Source: Catajapyx aquilonaris (Eukaryota). From it: a DNA stretch of 64,000 bases. The stretch covers positions 1-64,000 of the forward strand of contig KZ538249.1 in assembly GCA_000934665.2 (NCBI GenBank). The letters are read 5' to 3'. Both the position numbers and the translations under genes were made by a program. Below are positions 1-12,900 of this stretch, piece after piece (the first letter of the stretch is position 1; each line of letters opens with the position of its first letter). The notes under the pieces are model-generated. The model searched no databases. It was not told the origin of the DNA and worked only from the letters and a program-made list of their open reading frames with translations.

Positions 1-265
1 AGGGCCAAGACAAAGTCTGGCTGCGCAGGAGGTGGCCCTAATTGCCAACGATTGTTGCATTGTTGCTCGAAAAAAAATGTGAACTAATGAAAAAAAAAAG
101 CTATTTTCGATATATCGCATTGTGGTTGATTACAAAACAACCATATTAGTCAGTTAGTTCAACCGACCATCCACCAGAGGCGCTGTCCGGCGCAAGCGCA
201 AAGCTGGGGTCAATCCCCGCGCAAGCGCAGAACGGGGGCCAATCCCCGAGCAAACAACATACGGC

Positions 266-615
266 CAGGGAGCATATACTACATAAGAGGCGCAAACATT
301 CGAGTTCCGCGTCTCTCTGCTTGGGTCGTTGCCAAGGCTGGCGACCATTTTGAAGTGTGGGTAACGCCAACGAGGTATAAATAGGGTACAGGCAAAAATA
401 GGGTCCGCCATCTTTGATTCGCGCGTGTTCTTGCCGTGTAGTTGCCATGGCCGACACAACCATCAAAGATGGCGGACCCTATTTTTGCCTGTACCCTATT
501 TATACCTAGTTGGCGTTACCCACACTTCAAAATGGCCGCAAAATGGCAACGGCCCGAACAGAGAGACGCGAACATCAAAGGCGCCGACAGAAGTTTGCGC
601 CTCTTATGCTCCCTG
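266..615. repeat. Long inverted repeat / hairpin (MITE-like foldback)
   Basis: 345-418 (ccattttgaagtgtgggtaacgccaac...gccatctttgat) is the near-perfect reverse complement of 462-535. Weaker pairing extends to ~266-297 versus ~593-615. Confidence 0.85.
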
Positions 616-2379
616 ATACGGCGGTGATACAACAAAGGATTTTAATAATTATTATAGATATGGAACAAGAAATTTTCCCAGGGGATGATCACACGCCTGA
701 GACGACTAAAAATTTGCATAAAAAAAGCAGCTCCAGGACTTAAGAGTATAATCCGGTTATAATGACATTGAAACAAGCAGCGCATTCAAATGAGCCTATA
801 GGGTTGTTTTCCTAACACGGGTTTTAGAAAAATGCATGTAATAAATCCGCTTATTTTGTTTACATTACGCGCAAGTTTTATAATCGATATACACGTCCTA
901 CGTGTCAAGTAATTACTGCGAATATACGCCGGGTATTACTTGATTATGACGCCCCAACGTCAATCTCGGGTACCGAAAATGCAATTGTACTGGCAAAAAA
1001 GGTTGTTCATTTGTTCATTTTTGCATACAGTGCTTACATGTCAATATCAGATTGTTTCATCGTCACCGACGCTAATTTTCTCAAAATAGTGACAATTACG
1101 GCCTTTCATGTAGCGCTCCAGTTATTGTGAAATTATGGAAACCATAAGCTTGAAGCGATATTAAATTTCGCAGTCCATAAATACACTTCGTATATCTGGT
1201 GTAGTCCCAACTTTTATTTATGTACTATTTCCATCAACACATTTTGCGAATAACGTTCGCCAAGTGGCCAACAATAATTCTTTGTACAACAATTGCCTTA
1301 AAACGATAAAATAAACGTAAGACCTCAAATGCAGATCAATAGTCGCAATCGAATTATGTCAAGATTTGAAAAGTTTGAAGTATGAAAATTAAATTACCCC
1401 CCATTCATTATCCCCTTCTTTGACTCATTTCCTTACCAGAAAACAGTAATTATCAGAAGTACATGCAAAATTACAAAATCTCTAACGTTATATCAGCCCG
1501 TTCATTTATATCACAAATATTATTTTTATACTGGATATTATAAAAGATAAAATATTTAAAATGTTAAATTTTTCATTCTGGTCCACCTTTGTGCTCGTTA
1601 ATGACTCGCACTCTAATTACTCCCTGAACTTGACACACTTTCACCATTTGACAACACCCTAATCCTGCAATGAGACTAATTAGCCAAGTCCATCTTAAGA
1701 CATGAATGATATGAACCTGACCTTTTCATCTAAAAGATCAACCTTTGGAATATATCAGATTTGAATAGACTTGATGGTTCAGCCAAATTTGTTAAGGAGG
1801 CGGGGGCGGACCACCCACACTATTTGGGTTCACACAAGGGTGTCATAGTCTTTAGATCCTGTGTGATCCAAACTGTGCTAAAAAGCATTATACGTGGGAG
1901 AAACCCGGAACCGAATCCGGAAATCACGCTTTTACTTCTACTTTAGGAGGGTCGGCAATAAGTTTGGGAACGACTCGATTAGTGGACAAGAGGGCGGCAC
2001 TAACGAGGACCACAGGCCTACTTCGTCACTAAGGTTCAAAGCCCCGTTTAGGTGCTTCAGACAACCATCCCTCAGGACCATTAATATGACAAAATTCCAT
2101 CTTAGCGCGGACTAAGTACACCTGCAAATCTTAACCCCCTTTTAATTGCAATCTCTTCTGCAAACCCTTAGCAAGTGACATGGTACTTCCGGATTAACAT
2201 TCATATGAATGGACTATTCAAGCTAGTTTGCAAAGCACCCCTAATTTCGGCTCCTTGCGACCCACGCCATTCAACCTAATTAATTGGTGTCAAAGGTTAA
2301 GACAGGTGTCGACCATTAGGTGTGTGTATACATCAGCTGTGACGTAGCAGTGACAATATAAACATTTGCACCAAAACTA

Positions 2380-2468
2380 TAAGGGTGAAAGTCGCCTGCA
2401 TGCCCTGCACTAATCCCCCCTAACTCAATAGGGATTAGTGCAGGACACGCATGCGACTTTCACCCTTA
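2380..2468. mobile_element. Palindromic MITE-like element, family A (partial copy; fuller copy at 16065-16231)
   Basis: taagggtgaaagtcgc..tgcactaatccc pairs with gggattagtgca..gcgactttcaccctta. The same core recurs at ~16105-16190. Confidence 0.7.
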
Positions 2469-2532
2469 CTAATTTTAGCAAGTTTTGGAGATATGATGTT
2501 TCTCTTTAGGACAGCGGATCTGTGCAGGCATT

Positions 2533-2534
<2 letters not shown>

Positions 2535-2610
<76 letters not shown>
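2535..2610. repeat. (AAT)n microsatellite
   Basis: About 25 uninterrupted aat units. Confidence 0.97.
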
Positions 2611-2612
<2 letters not shown>

Positions 2613-4549
2613 GAGCGTATGAGACAGCGTATGTGGGTATGAGAATGACATGTGACATTGAAAGTATGGGTAAGAATGGCAGGTCGGACTTACCGTGAAG
2701 TGACGACCGTCCTTCCTTCTCCGATGTCGACGGCTATTGAAAGCCCGCCGCACTTTCCTGCCGACGTCGGCGACGCTCGCGACGCCTGCGGCAGCACCTG
2801 TTGGAACATCACTCGATAATCGGATACTATATTTTTTTGTGTGGGGGTGGAAATTTTTTTATCCAAGCCTGCGTGAGCATTCGGATAATGATCCGAATAC
2901 TTTGTTCGCCGCATTGTACGGCACAAAAGGCGTACCGCTCAGTTGAAGGAATATTGCCAATACAGTGTCCATGAAGTATGACATTTTTGACGGCAGCATT
3001 TTAAAAAGGATGTTGGGGCGGTATGCTGCATCAGTGTGTGTGTCACACCTACAATGCAACATGCACGCACTACACGCACTCATGAAATAAACAGTTCCAA
3101 ATATAGCAGTTGACTGTTTGTACTGATTTGTAGCCGCATGTTTCTGGTTTAATTATGATGATGACAGTGTGTGACATTTACATAGAGGTTCTATCGCCCA
3201 CTACTACTTTTATAGGCCAGATTCGTCCAGTGTAGTGCAGCATTAGTAGTATTACCAAGAGGTAATAAGCTAATTAGCTCTTGGCATTACCTAAAGAAAA
3301 TTAAATTATGTAGCTGCTGCATGCATTTACTGTTCAGGGTTACAGGAATTGAGAGAAAAAGACATGCACATACAGAACAAGATCGGCGTGATTCCAGTAT
3401 ACTTTTTCTAATTACCAATAAGGAAATTCAAATTGGCCAATAACGACATAGAGTCTCATTTGTCGTTGCTATAAGTAACCGCATGAATTGCTTCTAAATC
3501 CGTGTAGACGCATGACCTTGGCGGCTAGAGTGAGCCGGGAAAACCGGAAGTGGTGGGTCACAGGAAGTTGACCATGAAACCTATTTGGGTTACGCTTAAT
3601 CCGAATCCGAAAACCGTTTGTCCGTATCTCTTGCAGTTTAGGCCCCTGATCCTCTGATACATGTCCACGGACGGACGGACCGACTGAGCCGTCCTTAAAT
3701 ACTTTTTTTTTTTTTTTAAATGCGGAAAAGTAAAAAAAAAAAGGCGTGATCTCTCAGTACAGTCGATATAAATTTTAATTTTAATTTTTAAAGTATAGGA
3801 AAGTAAAAAAATCGGACGTCGTTTTCGGAATTTCACATTTGCGATATCGCACCATTTCATCGCCGACATGTTTCTATCCAGAACCCTGCCATAATTACCC
3901 TTCGTTAAAACTTAAAATGCAGATGTGCCGCATTTACCTGATCCGCCAGTCATCCCGGAGGCCATCCCAGCAACCCGGTGTCCGCCCCGGGGCCAAGCAC
4001 CGGGCAAAAACACTGCCAAAAATGATAACGGCATTTCCAGCTATTTAGGCTACGCTACTTTCGACCCCGCTGCAACAATAGCCTCTTACACTTTTAACTA
4101 GCTGCATAAACCCAATTTAAGAAGATAAGTAGGGTCCAGATTATAATTGCACTTTTTTTTTACAGCATATACTTCTCTAAATTTCCAAGTTGCAGCATCA
4201 CAGTAACGGCCAAACAAGTAGCTAATAGTTATCGCTGCTAACGGGCTAGTAGCTGGGCGTTATTTGTGTGCACGCCTCTCACATTTTTAATTAATATCTT
4301 TAATTACGCATATTTAAACAGCATGTAACGTACTTACAGTTTTGTTAAAAGGTGTGGGGCATAACCGGATGCATATCCGCATAAACTGGAGGGATGAGTC
4401 GGGCAGCCATCGATCAGAATAGCTGCCATGATGATGAGATGCTGAGCTGACTTCCCTCTCTTGTTGTGTGAGTAGTGGTCATTTTTTATAATTGCTCTAA
4501 TTACACCTTATTCTCATTAAGACATGTTGCAGGTCAAAGCCAGGCAAAG

Positions 4550-7441
4550 ATGAGCTTCGTGGCGACGGTGCTGCAGGTGTCCAGCAAGCAGGAGAAGGAG
4601 GAGCTGAGCAAGTCCCTGGTGCGGCTCTCGCAGCAGCTGGACGACACCAAGAGGCAGCTGCACCAGGATGTGACCGACAGGTACCTGGACTTCCATGCCC
4701 ACTGCGCCCGCACCGCTGATCTCTCCGCAAGGGTGGGGCAGCTGCTGGGCGACGCAACGCAGCTGCAGGCCAAGATAGACGAGCACTTGCTGCAGCAGCT
4801 GCATTCCTCCACCTCCGAGTTCCACCAGTTGTCCGCACAGCTGCAGGAGACCAAGACGGCTCTGCAGGTATTGGCTGAACCGGCCGTGAAGGGAAACCAA
4901 ATTGATACGCTAACATTTTTGCTGTCACGCATTTGGGCCATATTTACATGTGAACAATGTCATCACCAAGCGATGAGACCAATTTTGGGCGAAAATACAT
5001 TGTTACCGTGATTCGCTTGGCGATAACATTGCTGATAAAATCGCTCATGTGTAATAGCAGATTCAGTGAGGACCGAAAATAACAATTAATTCCCCCCCTC
5101 ACCATCACTCAGCCATGCTCATTACTGCACATCGCTGTTCGAATCGCTGACATGCAAACGCGGCTAATAATGTGTGGTGTCATTTGCATGTATGACAACC
5201 GAGGAGCTTGTCACTTATGTAGGCTTTCATACACCGAGACTGAAGTCCGAACAAACTTCATGAAGTTCGACCGAAGACCAGCTGAAGTCCTGTTGATGTC
5301 CGGTGAAGTCTGTTGTACACTTACAGCGTCAAGGGGTTACGAACATCGTCTGGACTTCAGCCAGACTTCACCTGAACTTCAGTCTAGGTGTACGAAGGAC
5401 TTCATAAGTGACTAACTAATCCATAAGGAAATGGACACTGCAAGCATATGCTGATCTTAATTAGTTCGAATGTTTAATTTTGTAGGTGCTGCACCAGCTT
5501 GTGCAGGTAGAAGAGAGCATGGATGCAGCGAAGGATGCGCAGACCAGGGGTGATCATTTTGAGCGTGCGAGGAAGGTGAAGGATGCGGAGGAGCTTCTTC
5601 CGCCCTTGTCTTGTGGGAAGGATGCGACTGAAGTCACCACCAGTACCTCCGTGCCGTCTGCCCCTGGAGAGGAGCTGTCGTTGCTCAAAGCTCTGAGGGA
5701 AGCAGTGGTGCTCCAGCGTGAGATTCTTCTGTTTGACCTGGGTGAGGCCTGGAAAGGGGCCTGGCTGCTGGAGGAGGCCGATGGGGAGGGGCTGGAGGTT
5801 GGAGACGACGCCCTGTGCAGCAAGGTCATGCTGCAGGTCCGCCAGCAATCCCCGGGTCAGCTTCATGCCCTGGCTGCATCGCTTCGTCTTCACGGGGAGT
5901 TGGACGTCAAGCTACGCCGCCTTGGATCACGTGTCTTATCCACTCTGGTGCGTCCAATGGGCCGCAGACGAGCAAGGGTCATGACGACACCCGAATGCAT
6001 GGTGGCTCTAATCTGTAAGGAGGAGACAGTTCCGGCCTTTGCAAGTGTGGTCGAGAACCTCAAGGCTGTGGTTGACTTTCTGTGGGAGGCGTTTGGACCA
6101 GAGGATGACTCTGTGATGCGGTGCTTTGGCTCTGCAGTATCCAAGGACTTCTGCGAGTTCTTCCTGCGGGAGTGTGTCCTTCCAAATGTGCCCAACAGCG
6201 GCCGTGATCTGGATGCGTATACTCAGGTCTTGCCTCGTTAATTTTTAAAATGTTACGTCTTGTTCTAGTGCGATTATTATAAGTTGCCATCTTTTTAGGT
6301 CCTGGAAGTCCTGGAGGGTTTCCAGCGGCACCTGGAGTCACGGTGCTTCCTGGATGCTGCATCAGGACGCATGCTTGACCATGCTAGGGACGTTGATGCT
6401 CTCCTAGCTAATCATCTGAGTCGCCGACTTCTGGTCCAGGCACGTGCCCTGATGCTGGAGGACCTGCAGAACACGGAAGAGATTGCAGAAGACGAGCAGC
6501 CTGCCAGTGCCCAGCAGCCACGCAACCCGTTCTCATTCCCAAGGTGTCGTGTGAGCTGTTCTACTCGGAAGCTTCTTTCGTTGATTGAGTCTGCCCTGGA
6601 AGAGGCCTGCTCCAGCACCCCTGTGTGTGCAGGACGGCTTCTCCACACATGTCGTGGAGCTCTGGAGCTCTACTGCAGTGTTGTCCCTCAGCACCATTCA
6701 CGTGGGCTTGAGTCTGTCCCGGAGCAGTGTGCCCTTCTGCACAACAACTGCATGTACCTGGCACACCGGGTCCTTCTGTGCACCAATCGGATTCGCCCCA
6801 ACCTTCCTCCACCCCTGTGTGAAGACACCCTCACCCTGGCTGACATGGCACCCGTCCTGCGCCAGACCGGCACCCAGTCGCTTCTGAGGCAGATGCGCAG
6901 GCAACGCCAGCACTTTTACGATGCCCTGAAGGACGGCTTCCCAACACTGGCTGCGGCCGCGGCAGCCCCTGCAGCAGACCGCTCTCTGCAGCGTTGCCTC
7001 CTGCAACTGGGGCACCTGGAAAGAGTGTGGCGTCCTGTGTTGCCTATTCACGTGTACCGGCGTACCATGGGCACTCTGCTCAATTCAGTCCTGGAGGAGC
7101 TGCTGGTTCGGGTCACCACCGTTGAGGACATCCCGGCCGATTGTGCGGTGTACCTTGTGACTGTGCTCGGTGCCTTCTTGGACCAGGCCCCAGGTGTTTT
7201 CCGTGACGAGGCAGGAAAGGACGTGGGTTTGGCTGAGCTTTGCCGGTTGGTGCCAAAGTGGGAGAAGTTCCGAGAGCTGGTCCGTGTCCTGGATGCAAGT
7301 TTGAGGGAGCTGGAGGAGAGGTGGGCCGAGGGGAAGGGACCATTGGCGGACCACTTCTCTCCGGATGAGCTGAAGCATCTGATTAGGGCCCTCTTCCAGA
7401 ACACGGATCGGAGGGCAGCTGTCCTTGCAAACATCAAATGA
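4550..7441 (+). CDS. zw10: Centromere/kinetochore protein ZW10; coding exons 4550-4867, 5486-6226, 6299-7441
   Basis: The three ORF segments join in frame over GT-AG introns. Motifs include FSFPRCRVS, LLHNNCMYLAH, and the C-terminal ERWAEGKGPLADHFSPDELKHLIRALFQNTDRRAAVLANIK typical of ZW10. Confidence 0.93.
4936..5058. mobile_element. Degenerate MITE-like hairpin in zw10 intron 1 (family B, related to 21222-21396)
   Basis: The terminus ggccatatttacatgtgaacaat resembles the reverse complement of the 21396 end (ggccatgcttacatgtgagcaat). Internal inverted repeat aatgtcatcaccaagcga / tcgcttggcgataacatt. Confidence 0.45.
5221..5401. mobile_element. MITE-like element in zw10 intron 1
   Basis: Imperfect terminal inverted repeats aggctttcatacaccgagactgaagt / acttcagtctaggtgtacgaaggact, with internal tgaagtc / gacttca subrepeats. 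Confidence 0.6.
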
Positions 7442-9983
7442 ACTCTGAGAAAGATGTTAAAGTGACAAGGCTCTTGCATATTGAGAGTGACATGCCGAGA
7501 TTTGCTGGAATATCTGTAGTAGGTTGCATTACTCGTGATAAATTAATTACCAATTTGCCATTGTTTTTCATGGTCAAAGATCTGAGCAGCATTTTCAATG
7601 GAGCTAGTCATACCGCATTGCAGTGTAAGCAAACCGTTGGGCCTTGTTTGTTCCCGTCAACAAACCGCCTTCCCGGTGCCATCTGGTAATCACAAGCTGT
7701 GGCCATCAGTCGTGCACATGGACTGTATCTGATATCCAAAGGTCATTTCAAAAAGCTGTACGTTAGGTAAATACCGAGTTCACATCCTGATTGTAATAAT
7801 CTCCCACCATAACAATTTCATTGGCGCCAGGTAAACTTCCTCCTACAGATATCGCAGCCTAATGCCTAGATGTTGTGCAATGAGTGTACGTCAAAAGTAC
7901 GACTAATGTGGTTATGCTTTTCCAGCCAGGTGACAAGCAACCCTAATTTGTCGAGTCACAAATATTCCATTACGTTAAGAACAAAATTGAATAGCCTTCA
8001 GTGGGCAGGCTAAACCCAGACTACGTTTGCCTGGCTTTTTGTGTCCGTCACTTGTCGTGCGGAGCAGACTAGGAAAATGCACTTACCCATGCAAAATATT
8101 ATCTCTGGGCCTATTCTACCAGTATGGTCTACTTATTTCCATACAGTGAAGTCATGTTGTCTTGTTCATGTGTTAATGATAATATTGTAGTTACGGTCAA
8201 ATTTGTTGTAGCATTTATTGTGACTGTGCAGTGCGAAATGTACTCTTGCCATCTGAAATAACATCTTCATTATTTACTATGTGCGTCATTATTACTTGGG
8301 ACAATGTATAACAGGACATGACTGTGTTCCCCATCATAGCTCAGTAGCATGAATTGCCCATTGTCATGCCACATGGGTTATTGAACTACCCAGTTGGTAT
8401 AGTACATACCAGTTTCATCAACTGCATATCTCAAGGTTGCACGTTATTAACCCGGGCAAAGTCCACATGCTTTGCAATTGCTCCACGTTGATCACGACGG
8501 TGCCTGTACAGAACCAACCTGAAATCCACTTGCTAATGTGCCACAGCCATACTTGCTGAAAATTTACGCTGTACTTCCAACGAGTATGTTAAATCATACC
8601 ATTTTACAACTGAAGCGCAGGCCAACAATTAACAAATAACTCCCGCACCTTCTCTTTACGAACAGGAACTTCCTCCAATCTTGCCAAGTTTATGAAGCAT
8701 TTAAGTGCCATGGCACTTGGCCCAATTCTATTTAACTTCAAAGTACAAAATTTGAGTGCGGACTTGAAATCATTTCACACGAAACGCAACTACCTATTGT
8801 GCCTCGTCAAGGCAAAGCCGGCCAACTAGACTTCCCAACTGAACGTACGTTCATAATTACTTGGCCGTACATTATTCATCGCAAAAATTAACTACTGCAC
8901 TCGCACTCGATGGAATTTGTCCTGATGCAGCGCAGCATATTATTCATCGAGAGCAACACCTGTGAAAAAACCAGCTGAAAGGAGACTGGGATTCAGTGAC
9001 ATACAATTTTTTTTTTTACTATTGGACATGATTTTTATTTAACTAAAAATCCTGGAAACCACATACCCCACGTCAAATTATTCTTTTCCCCCCCCCTCCC
9101 CTTTTCCTCACTTTACTCTGGCAGACTTTCCAAGATGCCCTGGGGCATGTACACAATGTCGATGCACTACCCAAACACATGCCAAATCATTTCCACGCAC
9201 CGATCTCGCAAAAACTTTCCTTTCACATGACCCTTTCCAATCCAGGAACTCAAACCTTACAGTTAAGAAATACAGTGCAAAACTACTTTTGTAAACACGA
9301 AAAAACATTTTGTCACATAAGTGTGGGGGAGGTCTAGCGCCACAAGCAAAAAAATGGCGGTCCGTACAATCAGGGCTTGCAATATTTCTTTTTTATTTTG
9401 ATATTTAAATTAATTCTTCCAAGGGAAAAGGGTGGCTTTCAAAAGGGTGAGCCCTTCCAAGTATGACTCATTGGAACGAAAAGGACCAGCTTAGGGTCGC
9501 CCCCATCAGTTTCATGTCCCACAAACACATCTCGAGTGGAAGTGGCATCACTGGCAAGTGCAATCCCCTCTCCCGACCAAATCAATGAGCCATTAGCAAT
9601 GAATGAATAATGAGAACTGCGCAGACTAAGAAGAAAAGCAGGTACTCTCACTTGCAGTTCCATGAAAATTAATGCCAGTGTATGCCCCTTGAACTCGTTG
9701 CCCCTCCCACCCCTTCCCCTGTAAAATAAAAACAACTAAAATTTTTTTTTGAAATCAAATAAAAAAACAACCAATAAACACCCACAAAAATGTAATACAG
9801 TCTAGTACACTTATATCCAAAAGCCAACGACGAATACTTTGCTCTCTCAAGAAAATCCCCTCATCCATCGACGTCAGCATTCTCGCTTCTCTCCCATTTT
9901 TTTTGCTCTTTCATTTTGGTCACTCCAACTCGCCTTTTGAAACTACCTTTTAGTTTCTCTTTCTCGCTACTAGCGTGTGGGTT

Positions 9984-12900
9984 TCAATAGCGGGGCTGCG
10001 AAGGTTGGGGGCCGCGCATACTGTAAAGAATGGGCGCAGATACTGCTGTAGGCTCTCAGGTCATTTTTGGCACGGTGTATGAGGAAAGAGATCGTGTGGA
10101 GGGTGTGGAATCATACACACAGGTTTGGAATTTTCAAAAATAATAAATAAAAAATGGAGCAGGTTATCTAAAAACAACAAACGAGTGAATAAAAGCAGGA
10201 TAAATTAGGTCAACGTCATTGGTAGTCAGTCTGTCTTGCCTCTAAGCAATTCATCGGAGAATCCATCGAAGAAACATGTTGGCAAATAAATGAAATGTTA
10301 GCATGCTCATAGGCAATTGGCAAAAGTAGGCATGTAACGTTCTGAAGGCAACCTGCGTTAGGAGGACCCTAGTCATATGCGTACTCGCTACTTTTGATGT
10401 ACTTCCCTACGAGTACGCAGATCACATTCTTGGGTTGCTCCTGACACACGTTCACATTTGGTACCACTCAAATGTTACCATCGCCAGTGGCAAATAGTGG
10501 CAAGCAGACTGAATTTACACCCCCCCATCGATCATGTTGGTTTTTTTGGTGCGCAGTAGTAGTAGTAGTAGGAGTAGTAGTAGTAGAGTACCTGAGTCCA
10601 TCGTATCCATCCCTGGGCGCGTAGTGGTCTCGCGGTGCATATTCCTTAGAGCCGCCATACTCTACGCTCCCTCGGTCATGGCCAGAGGCGCCGTAGCTAT
10701 CGCGAGGGCCGCCGTATGCAGGCTTTGCCCCGTAATCTCTTGCGCTGCAACGATGGCCGGCATATGTTCGTCGTCGTCGTAACTTATTTGGTGCATGGTG
10801 GGCAGTCGGGTGGGCATATTTTAAAAAAACAGGCGGGAAGGAAGGTTTGGTTGTTCGGGGAAAGGGGGGGAGTAGGGCCTTGCCAATTAACACTTAAATT
10901 CACCCTGTCAAATGCCAGTTAAAACTTGTAACAACTGATGTGGTGGCCCCCTGCAAAATCCACTGCCACACAAAAAAAGAAACATGCATAGGTGAAATCC
11001 TGCAAAAACACTGGCCCTACTCCCCATTCATGTCCTTTAAAATTTCCAGAGCATCATTGCAAAAGCAAGGGGGGGAAAAATGGGAAACAGGCTGAATAGC
11101 GAGTGATTTTTCTCTAAACCATGTTTTGCGAGGGAGGACTTGAGAATTGGCACCGTAGCAAAGACCAATGACAAGACTTTCTTCCGTCTCTCACATCACA
11201 TTAATGTACACAGCTTCAAAAGTTAAATATCCATCTGGCATAATTGCTTAAAAATCGTCACTTGCTCCTCGTCAGCAGGAGGATCGTGGTCGTAGAATAT
11301 TTATCAGGCGAATGCTTTTTGTTAAGATCGAAGGTAACGACGCTTTTGTCATGCTCTGTCGCAACGAATCGGCGTTAACGAGTGTTTCGCAGACTGCAGT
11401 TTTTTAATAGTCGAAGTAATTATTTGCGTAGCAGGTTTTGTCGCCAAGTGCGGTGAAAATGTACGAAGAACCGCCGTGGATATTTTAAATTTTGACTTCG
11501 TGTACATGGTTGTAATCAACACCTCTTATAATATAAATGTCTAGGGGGCTGCAATTCACACTGTGGTTTTACGACTACTTTTTGGCGTTTCACAACAGGA
11601 CACTTGTCGCATTTTTCTTAAATCTGCGCAGAGAACTATACAATCAGTAAAAATTCACTTGAAGCAATCGAATGTTCCACAGTTTGAAGGTCTTGTTCAA
11701 TTTGCAAGTCATTTAACAACAATGCGACCATCTCATTTTCGGTCTTTGAACGTGGGGCAACCATGACAGTCAAGAAGGCGAAAACATAAAAGTGACATTA
11801 GCAGTCAAAAAAATCTCCAAGTCCAGAAGACACTTCTCATTCAACACTTATATCTTATCAACTGTTACTTTCTCTCCTCTTTTTTTTCTCTCTCTTATCT
11901 TTCTTTCTCTCTTTGTTAAATTACTTTTTTTCCATTATTATTGGGGGCTGAAGCTTAATCTTGCATGTTCTCATAATTGCGATAACCATACTGTCGATTG
12001 TGGGACATGCCCCTGGAAGAGAAAGAACTCATTGGCGTCCAGAACAACCAAACTACGATCAAACTGTGGCTAACTAATCAAATTGTTCTCGTCAGCATCG
12101 TTTCCTGCAGCGTCAACACTGTGGGGGAACAGAAATCGAAGCTCTTATTTTTGAGTTATCGTAGGGGGCTCAGTATTCTTGACGGCTGTTCCATTGTTGG
12201 CCCCAACTGCAAGAGAACGTCGTAGAGAGATACACACAACAGGCATCATTGCATAAATAACGTCGATCGTTGGCATTAGTGTGGAAAAACATCGAAGATT
12301 AGTAGCATTATATTTTTGGCTCTATGCTTGTACAGGGGAGAGTTCATTTGCAGGAGGCAGGTCAAATAAGGTATTCCCACCTCAGTCTATTTGGCAATGA
12401 AAAAACATACTAAGGTAGGAAGAGCAGGGGGGGTGACTTGTACGCAAACGAAACAAGGTGGTCCTAGCAGGCGAAGGGGGAAAAATATAACAGGATGGTT
12501 CTCTACGGCTCTCAGAGAAGGTACAGTGGTGATAACGAGCACATTTCTGCATGCTGGAGATTTGCCATGAGACATTTGGCAGTCCATCGAGAGTACTGAT
12601 CATTTCAGTCGTTATTCGGCATTGTTTTGAAGGCAGCCCCCTTTCGAGGTACAGTCCGTGGAAGAAAAAGGCACAGCGGAGAAACTTAAAATCGGTGAGC
12701 AGAAGCGAGAGCTGCATTTTTAGCTCAGAGGCAGTTGGTTACATGCTGCGGCCCCCATACATTTCACTCGCGTTGTGAGGATAGAGCGACTGTATTTTTA
12801 GCGAAGACTGCACGTGGGAGGTGCAACTTTTGGCTGCTGTCAAGGCTACAGTAGTTGTAGACAGATCAGAAGGCAACAGAGGTCACAAAAAAAGGGTCCA

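Noticed and set aside
146..627. Duplicated small ORFs (KMADPIFACTLFIP..) on both strands
   Set aside because: They are a by-product of the inverted repeat, with no coding evidence.
2451..2753. Poly-Asn and poly-Ile ORFs (also 39404-39617, and the repetitive ORFs at 17954-18567)
   Set aside because: They are translations of microsatellites or AT-rich repeats.
4497..7479. Multiple minus-strand ORFs over zw10
   Set aside because: They are shadow ORFs of GC-rich coding exons with no recognisable motifs.
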